Shown piece by piece: positions 9,024 to 16,300 of a stretch of 64,000 bases of DNA. The position numbers were made by a program, and so were the translations under genes. Source of the DNA: an uncultured Flavobacteriales bacterium (GTDB lineage: Bacteria > Bacteroidota > Bacteroidia > Flavobacteriales > Schleiferiaceae). Numbering within the stretch: position 1 is the stretch's first letter; every line of letters begins with the position of its first letter. Location of the stretch: positions 22,472 to 86,471 of the forward strand of contig CAWUSA010000005.1 of NCBI GenBank assembly GCA_963925545.1, read 5' to 3'. The notes beneath the pieces are model-generated. The model was not told the origin of the DNA. It saw only the letters and a program-made list of their open reading frames with translations, and ran no database searches.

Positions 9024-11072
9024 CTATGACTGGTCCAATTTTCGTACCATGGTTAAAATCGTGGCAACGGCAACGGATTCATTTTCATCATCAATGACTT
9101 CTACGTAGTATTTGACAATGCCCTTGGCGATGTCATCCTCACTGCGTTTTTCCTGGTTGATTCTTTCCTGCACCGTCAGTTTCACATGCACAGAGGTGCC
9201 CGGATAGACCGGCTTGGTGAACCGGCAGCTGTCAATCCCATAGTTGAGCAGAACAGGCCCTTTTGCCGGGTCAACAAACAAGCCTGCAGCCCGACTTAGG
9301 ATGAAGTAACCATGAGCGACACGGCCAGTGAAAATGGTGCCGTCAAGGGCGTTTTCATCCATGTGCGCGTAAAATTTGTCGCCACTGAGTTCGGCAAATT
9401 CATCGATGTCCTTCAATGTCACCAGGTGACTTTCCGTTGTGACCGTTGAGCCAATTTTTACCTCTTCAAAATGCTGTCGAAACAAATGCGGGCTGGCTTC
9501 CGGCCGATCAGCTCCTGGCAGGTGCTGGCCAGCGATGTGGCTGAGCATGTTAGGGTGTCCCTGCACAGCTGTTCGCTGCAAGTAGTGCATCACGCCGCGC
9601 ATACCACCCATCTCTTCACCATCGCCAGCGCGACCAGGTCCGCCGTGGGCGAGCAGGGGCATGGGTGAGCCGTGACCTGTGGACTCTTTTGCGCAACTGG
9701 CATCTAGGATGTGGATGCGGCCATTGCTGTAGGCAGCCTCCAAGGTGAAGGTCTTAGCCACGTCTTTGTCAGCAGTCACAATGGAGGTGACAAGGGATCC
9801 CTTGCCCTTGGCGACCAGGTTAGCGGCATCACTCAAGCTCTTGTATGGCATCAGGGTGCACACGGGGCCAAAAGCCTCCACATCATGTGCCTTGGTCTTG
9901 CCATATGGGTCATCACATCGGAACAGAACAGGGGCAAAGAAGGCGCCATCCGCATGGTTGCCCGTGGGATTTCCTGAGCCGTCCAAGTTGCCATGAACCA
10001 AGGTTTGGTTGCTGGATAAGATTTGCACGGCGTCTTGCACGCGCTGAATTTGTTCAAAGGAGGCCAGTGAACCCATCCGGGTTCCTTCCACAGAAGGGTC
10101 ACCATGGGTGGTCTTTGAGAGCCTGCCTGCGATGGCTGCTTGCGCTGCGTCCAACAAATCCTCAGGCACCATGGCTCGGCGAACAGCGGTGCATTTTTGT
10201 CCGGTTTTCACCGTCATTTCTCGCACAACCTCTTTGACAAACAAGCCAAACTCCACACTTTCAGGGTGCGCGTCAGGACCCAGCACAATAGCATTCAAGG
10301 AGTCAGCCTCCAGGTTGAAGGGCACGCCGCGATCCATAAACAGGGGCTGCTGCTTGAGGGCGTAGCCGGTTGCCTTGGAGCCCGTGAATGACACCACGTC
10401 ACCGCGTTGCACATGGTCCAATATGCCCCTGCCTTTACCTGAAACCAACTGCAAAGCGCCTTCTGGAAGGATGCCGCTGGCAATGATGTCTCGCACCATG
10501 GCTTCCGTTACATAGCTGGTGTACTCCGACGGCTTGACCACCGCAGGAACCCCCGCAAGCAGGTTAACCGCAATCTTTTCCAGCATCCCCCAGATAGGGA
10601 AATTGAAGGCGTTGATGTGCACAGCAACGCCCCGCTTTGGCAACATGATGTGATGTCCGATGAAGCTCCCTTCTCGGGACAGTCTGGCCGGCTGACCCTC
10701 CACATAATAGGGCAGATCCTGAAACTCTCTGCGCAGGGTAGCGTAGGCAAACAGGTTGCCAATCCCACCATCAATATCGATCCATGAATCTACCTTCGTG
10801 GCACCGCTTTGTGCGGAAACAGGGTAGTACGTCGCCTTGAGAGAGGTCAGGTGCAGAGCCAGAGCCTTGAGCATCAACCCGCGCTCAGGAAAGGTCATGG
10901 CACGCAAGGACGGGCCGCCCTTGTCACGGCCATAGGCTAAGATGTCTTCGTAGTTCAGGTCTGAACTGGCAACGGTGCCAACGCTTGCGCCTGTGATGGC
11001 ATGACGAGCTTCATACTCTGCCGTGCCGCCGGAGGTCCATTGACCTAAGACATAGTTCTGAATATGGTTCAT
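9024..11072 (-). CDS. paaZ: Bifunctional oxepin-CoA hydrolase / 3-oxo-5,6-dehydrosuberyl-CoA semialdehyde dehydrogenase
   Basis: 682 aa, with an N-terminal aldehyde dehydrogenase fold and a C-terminal MaoC-like hotdog domain. This is the same architecture and size as E. coli PaaZ. Confidence 0.9.
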   Translation of the reverse strand: MNHIQNYVLGQWTSGGTAEYEARHAITGASVGTVASSDLNYEDILAYGRDKGGPSLRAMTFPERGLMLKALALHLTSLKATYYPVSAQSGATKVDSWIDIDGGIGNLFAYATLRREFQDLPYYVEGQPARLSREGSFIGHHIMLPKRGVAVHINAFNFPIWGMLEKIAVNLLAGVPAVVKPSEYTSYVTEAMVRDIIASGILPEGALQLVSGKGRGILDHVQRGDVVSFTGSKATGYALKQQPLFMDRGVPFNLEADSLNAIVLGPDAHPESVEFGLFVKEVVREMTVKTGQKCTAVRRAMVPEDLLDAAQAAIAGRLSKTTHGDPSVEGTRMGSLASFEQIQRVQDAVQILSSNQTLVHGNLDGSGNPTGNHADGAFFAPVLFRCDDPYGKTKAHDVEAFGPVCTLMPYKSLSDAANLVAKGKGSLVTSIVTADKDVAKTFTLEAAYSNGRIHILDASCAKESTGHGSPMPLLAHGGPGRAGDGEEMGGMRGVMHYLQRTAVQGHPNMLSHIAGQHLPGADRPEASPHLFRQHFEEVKIGSTVTTESHLVTLKDIDEFAELSGDKFYAHMDENALDGTIFTGRVAHGYFILSRAAGLFVDPAKGPVLLNYGIDSCRFTKPVYPGTSVHVKLTVQERINQEKRSEDDIAKGIVKYYVEVIDDENESVAVATILTMVRKLDQS

Positions 11073-11074
11073 GC

Positions 11075-13213
11075 TTACTTCAACTCAGTTATGCCCATGT
11101 GCCAGAAGGCAAAGGCGAATTTGTCAATGGCTTCTTCAATAACCATGGCTGTAGGCTTGCCTGCGCCATGACCCGCATTGGTTTCAATGCGAATCAAGGT
11201 AGGGTTAGTGCAGGATTGTTTAGCCTGAAGCTCTGCTGCGAACTTAAAGCTGTGCGCGGGCACAACCCTGTCATCGTGGTCACCAGTGGTCACCATGGTT
11301 GCGGGGTAGCAGGTGCCCGCAGTCACATTGTGCACTGGACTATAACCCAGCAAGTAGTTGAACATCTCATCGCTGTCTTCAGCCGTGCCGTAGTCGTAAG
11401 CCCACCCCGCACCTGCGGTGAAGGTGTGGTAGCGCAACATGTCTAGAACGCCCACTGCCGGGAAGGCAACCGCAGCCAATTCAGGACGTTGCGTTATAAC
11501 GGCGCCAACGAGTAGTCCGCCATTGGATCCGCCCGCTAAAGCAAGCCTCTCATGGGACGTGTAGCCGTTGTCAATCAAGTAGTCTGCGGCGGCAATGAAA
11601 TCGTCAAAGACGTTTTGCTTTTGCATTTTGGTGCCAGCAACATGCCAAGCTTCGCCGTACTCTCCGCCACCGCGAATATTAGGTATAGCAAGAATGCCCC
11701 CCTGCTCCATCCACACCGTGTAGCTTGTAGAAAAGCTAGGCTTCAGGCTGATGTTAAACCCGCCATACCCGTAAAGCATGGTGGGGTTGCTGCCATCCAA
11801 GGCCAGACCTTTTTTGTGGGAAATGGTCATGGGGATGACTGTACCATCAGGTGAGGTGTAAAAAATTTGATTGGAGACAAAGCCACTGGGGTCAAAGTCA
11901 ATTTCAGAGGCATGGAAAACAGAGGATTCACCACGCTCTGTGTCGTAAGCATAAATAGTGCTTGGCGTAATGGCGTTGGTGAAATTGTAATACAAGACAT
12001 CAGCGTCGTCTTTGCCGCCAAAGCCACCAGCAGTTCCAACACCGGGCAACTCAACCCGCCGGATCAACGCGCCTGTTAGGTGGTATTGATCCACCGTGGT
12101 CAACGCATGTTCCAGGCTTTTGACAAAGAGGTAGCCACTGCCCATGGTGAAGCTGATGGGGAATTCCCGCTCAGCAATAACCTCTTCCCAGGCGTCTGCT
12201 CCCACGGCAATGCCCTGGCTGACCATCAAGCGATTGTTGGGGGCACCATCATTGGTCTGAATATAGAGTTTGCCCTCACGGCTTGTGACCACACCATACT
12301 CCTTGTCAAAGCCTTCTGCAATCAGCACCAGGGCGCCGTCTGCATCGCGCAGGTCCTGAACATAGAGTTCATTGCCAGTGGTCGACACGGCAGCTGTCAC
12401 AACCAACCAGTCGCCATCATCAGTCACCTGCCCCTGAACATAGCGCCTTGGCAAGTCTTCACCTCCAAAGATCAATTCATCTTCGCTTTGCACATCGCCT
12501 AGGCGGTGATAAAACAAGCGATGCACATCGGTCATGCCTGATAGCGCAGAGCCCTCTTCAGGCTTGTCATACGAGCTGTAATAGAAGCCGGCATTGCCAA
12601 GCCAAGCCAAGCCAGAGAACTTGATATCCGCCAGGGTGTCACCCAGGCGGTTGCCGGTCACGGCATCAAGGATGATAACCTTGCGCCAGTCGCTGCCACC
12701 CTCACTGATTTGGTAGGCAACCAAGCTGCCGTCAGGGCTGAATGAGATGCCGCCTAAAGAGGTGGTGCCATCGGCACTGAATGTATTGGGGTTTAAGAAC
12801 ACCTCTGCATCAGCCTCGTCGCCATCCAAGACAACCCGGTAGAGGATGTATTGACTTTGTAGACCGTCATTGCGGTAAAAGTACCTGAAGTCCCCTTCAA
12901 TAAATGGCGCGCCGCGCTTGGCGTAGTTCCATAGTGCAGACAGGCGATCACGCAAGGCAGCGCGGAACGGAATCTCTTCTAGGTGTGCAAAGGTTACCGC
13001 ATTCTGTGCCTCTACCCATTGCGCCGTCTCTTCAGACAGGTCGTCTTCCAGCCAGCCATAAGGGTCGGCCACGTCATGACCAATAGTGGTCTTCACGTCG
13101 CTGGAGTCATAGCGCGACTCAGGGTAGGTAACAGGTGATGACTCAACGCCTGAAAAGTTGACACATGAGGCAAGCAAGGCAGACATAAGCAATAGGGAGA
13201 AATAGTTTTTCAT
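11075..13213 (-). CDS. Prolyl oligopeptidase (S9A) lipoprotein
   Basis: Lipoprotein signal MKNYFSLLLMSALLASC starts at ATG 13213. DPYGWLED marks the start of the propeller. The catalytic Ser motif is GGSNGGLL and the C-terminal His lies in NAGHGAG. The stop TAA (11075-11077) is 2 nt from the paaZ ATG. Confidence 0.9.
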   Translation of the reverse strand: MKNYFSLLLMSALLASCVNFSGVESSPVTYPESRYDSSDVKTTIGHDVADPYGWLEDDLSEETAQWVEAQNAVTFAHLEEIPFRAALRDRLSALWNYAKRGAPFIEGDFRYFYRNDGLQSQYILYRVVLDGDEADAEVFLNPNTFSADGTTSLGGISFSPDGSLVAYQISEGGSDWRKVIILDAVTGNRLGDTLADIKFSGLAWLGNAGFYYSSYDKPEEGSALSGMTDVHRLFYHRLGDVQSEDELIFGGEDLPRRYVQGQVTDDGDWLVVTAAVSTTGNELYVQDLRDADGALVLIAEGFDKEYGVVTSREGKLYIQTNDGAPNNRLMVSQGIAVGADAWEEVIAEREFPISFTMGSGYLFVKSLEHALTTVDQYHLTGALIRRVELPGVGTAGGFGGKDDADVLYYNFTNAITPSTIYAYDTERGESSVFHASEIDFDPSGFVSNQIFYTSPDGTVIPMTISHKKGLALDGSNPTMLYGYGGFNISLKPSFSTSYTVWMEQGGILAIPNIRGGGEYGEAWHVAGTKMQKQNVFDDFIAAADYLIDNGYTSHERLALAGGSNGGLLVGAVITQRPELAAVAFPAVGVLDMLRYHTFTAGAGWAYDYGTAEDSDEMFNYLLGYSPVHNVTAGTCYPATMVTTGDHDDRVVPAHSFKFAAELQAKQSCTNPTLIRIETNAGHGAGKPTAMVIEEAIDKFAFAFWHMGITELK

Positions 13214-13251
13214 AGCCATAAAGATACCTACCATGAGCAAAGCATGGGTAC

Positions 13252-13280
13252 AAAAAAAGGCCGCCCCTTTCGGAGCGGCC
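13252..13280 (-). terminator. Rho-independent terminator of the giant T9SS gene
   Basis: The minus strand reads GGCCGCTCC-GAAA-GGGGCGGCC, a 9-bp stem (one G-U) with a GAAA loop, followed by T7. It starts 23 nt after the stop codon at 13303. Confidence 0.85.
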
Positions 13281-13302
13281 TCTTAATTAATAGAGCTTTC
13301 GC

Positions 13303-16300
13303 TTATCGCTGGATGGCGACACGCATAGTGCGGTTGCCTTCATCAGTGTTCAAACGAATCATGTATACACCGGAAGCCATGTCGCTGAGGTCCATGTCAA
13401 GATCTGCCTGACCCGTAGTCCACAATGTGGCACGGAGCACTTGACCTTGCATGTCAACAACCGTTACTTCAATGTCGCCCTCTAACTCTATGCGTTCGAG
13501 AGTAAACTCGCCACGCGTTGGGTTTGGATAAAGCGTCACACCGGTGACTGCCTCAGGCAGGCCAACAGAGCAGTCATAACACTTAGTGAAGCAAACTACG
13601 CCAAGCACGGTGTCAGTGACACCTAAGCTATCTACGCGGTTGTTTCCACCAAAGCCATCATCTTCGCCACAAGCGGAGAGGTCTCCACTCGCTTCTGCGT
13701 CGTTCCAGGTCTTACCGTTAAGGTATTTGTAATAGATCTTGGAGTTGATCGGCGCGGCAACTGTTACTTGATAGATGCCGTTACCAGCGGTATCAAGCAT
13801 TACAGTACCTGCAGGAGCCCATCCTTGCATTGAACCAGCTACGTGAATTGAATCACCGCTGACAGAGCCATTGGCAATTTCCCAAGCCATATTCACCTGG
13901 AAGGTGACATTGATCTGACAATCGGTACATGCCGCAAAGCACACAACCGCTGCAGTATCAGCTAGGTTGGCAATGCTGTCACCACGGTTCCATGAACCAT
14001 TGTAGCGACAATCTGTAGGCACGTTTTCGTCAGAACCCCAAGCACCACCGTTGATGAACTTGTACTCAAGATGCTCATCCAAGTAAGTGTTGATCGTGTA
14101 CTCATAGATGCCATCACCGTTAGGGTCAGTCATAAGTGTAGCAGAAGGGTTCCATCCCTGGAAGTTGCCCGCAATGTGGACACCAGCTGGGTGAATGGTT
14201 TCCTTAGCCATATTCACAGACACTGTGTATGTCGCTGGTGTGCGACACTCGGGGAAGAATGTTCCAAACGCTTGACCGGCAGTCAATGTGGTACCCGACG
14301 TGTGAGTGAGCAAGGTGTCACCACTATTCATGTCGGTGACATTAAAGCCTACCTCATCAGACCATGCCCCAAGGTTGCCCAAGGTGACAGAGGCTGAATC
14401 CATGCCACAAAGCATGACAGTATCAGTAAACGAAGCACCAAGCGCGAAGCCAGAACCTACATTGGATACCGAAACCAATCCAGACTGAGTGAAGGTCAGC
14501 GTGTTGCCCTGCCAGCCGTCACCGTAGGAGTCGGTCATGTAAACAATGAAACCACATTGTTCAACAGCAGCACAAATAGCAGTTGTAACAGCCAAGTCAC
14601 TAGACCAGCCAGACGTGTCGCCCACGGCACAGATCTCACGAACAGACACATCATAAGACGTTGCTGATGTCAAACCTGCAATCGATGCAGACGCACCATT
14701 GCTCATGTAAGCAGAGCCACCTGTTAGGCGGTAGCGCACCTCATAGCTCAATGGTGAACCAGTGTTAAGGCTATAGCTAGTCCATGCCACATCAAATGAT
14801 GTGTTGGTGATATTGCTAGCGGACACTCCTGATGGAGCTCCACAGCTTTGTAGAACATCTACAGAGACATTATCAATGGCTATATCACCAGTATAGCTTG
14901 TTCCTTTTTCTGCACGAAGGCGGATAGTGAACACGCTCATTGGATTAGTTAGCACGGTGTTGCGTGTGATCCAAGGATCAGTAGCTCCTGTTTGTTGTTG
15001 GCCAACAATAGAGTCAAACGTGACCCAACCGCTTCCAGCATCATACTCAGCATACAAGTTGCCCATCGTTGCACCATACATATGGTAGTCATAAGAGAAA
15101 ACCAAATTAGAGTCAGTGAACTGCATGTTAGGCATCGTTACCGTTGCAATATTTCCAGTGGTGCCATATGAGGCCTCTGAATAGATGAAGTTGCTTGCGG
15201 CCGCGGGGCCAGTGCTACCAGAAGGCGTGGTTCCTGTACCAACAACCCAACGGAATACATTCTGCGTAACAGCATCTGGGCTCGGTGTCCAGCAAGCATC
15301 AAAGATGCTGTTGTACGGGACGCCCCAGATGGGAGTCCAAGACGCGGTGTCCTCAAAATTCTCAGTGAATGGCAGGCTTGTGACGATTTGACAAGAGCTA
15401 CAGTAAGCCAAGAATGAGCCGAAGCTGTATCCAGTAGTCAATGTGGTACCTGACGTGTGAGAAAGTACTGTGTCACCGTAAGGGCCGACAACATCAAAAC
15501 CAATTTCACCAGACCATGAACCAAGGTCCAAAGTAACAGTGGCAGAAGTCATGTCACACAAGCTGATAGAGTCAGTGAAGGCAGTGCCCGTTGCGAAGCC
15601 AGCACCTAATGTACCAACAGCAACACCAGATTGTGAGAAGATCAATTTGTTGCCGTTCCATCCGTCACCATAAGAGTCAGTCATGTAAACCATGTATTGA
15701 CATTGGTCGGCAGCAGCACAAAGGGAGGTCATAACAACCAAGTCACTAGACCAAGAGCCGGTGTCAGCCACAGCACAGATCTCACGAACAGACACATCGT
15801 AGGACGATGTGGCGGTCAAGCCAGAAACAGTGGCAGACGCACCATTGCTAGTGTAGGCTCCTGTGGAACCGTTTGTGCGGTAACGCACCTCGTAGCTTAA
15901 TGATGACGAACTAGTGCTGCTCCATGCAAGATCAAAAGAAGTCATGCCAATGTTGGACGCCGTCAATGTATTGGGAGTCGGGCAAACAGCGCCCGAAGCA
16001 ATCACGATGTTGTCAATGGCCATGTCGCCGGTATAGCTAGCTCCTCTTGTTCCGCGGAAGCGAATGCTGAAGATGCCAGCTGGCGTAGTAAGCAGGCTGC
16101 TGCCTGTAAGCCAAGCTGCAGCATTAGACGTTTGTTGTTGGCCAACAATGGAGTCAAACGTGACCCAACCAGTTCCGTTATTAGACTCCAAATACAAGTT
16201 GCCCATTGTGGCACCGTACATGTGGTAGTCGAAAGAGATAGACAGAGAAGAGTAGCCAGACGTCATGTTAGGTCCCGTCACCGTTGCGCTAGCGCCTGCG

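Noticed and set aside
8876-9097. A 73-aa plus-strand ORF in the gap between paaZ and the crotonase gene.
   Set aside because: It overlaps the paaZ 3' end and has no motif. The gap is better explained as the crotonase promoter region (TACTTTTG box on the minus strand).
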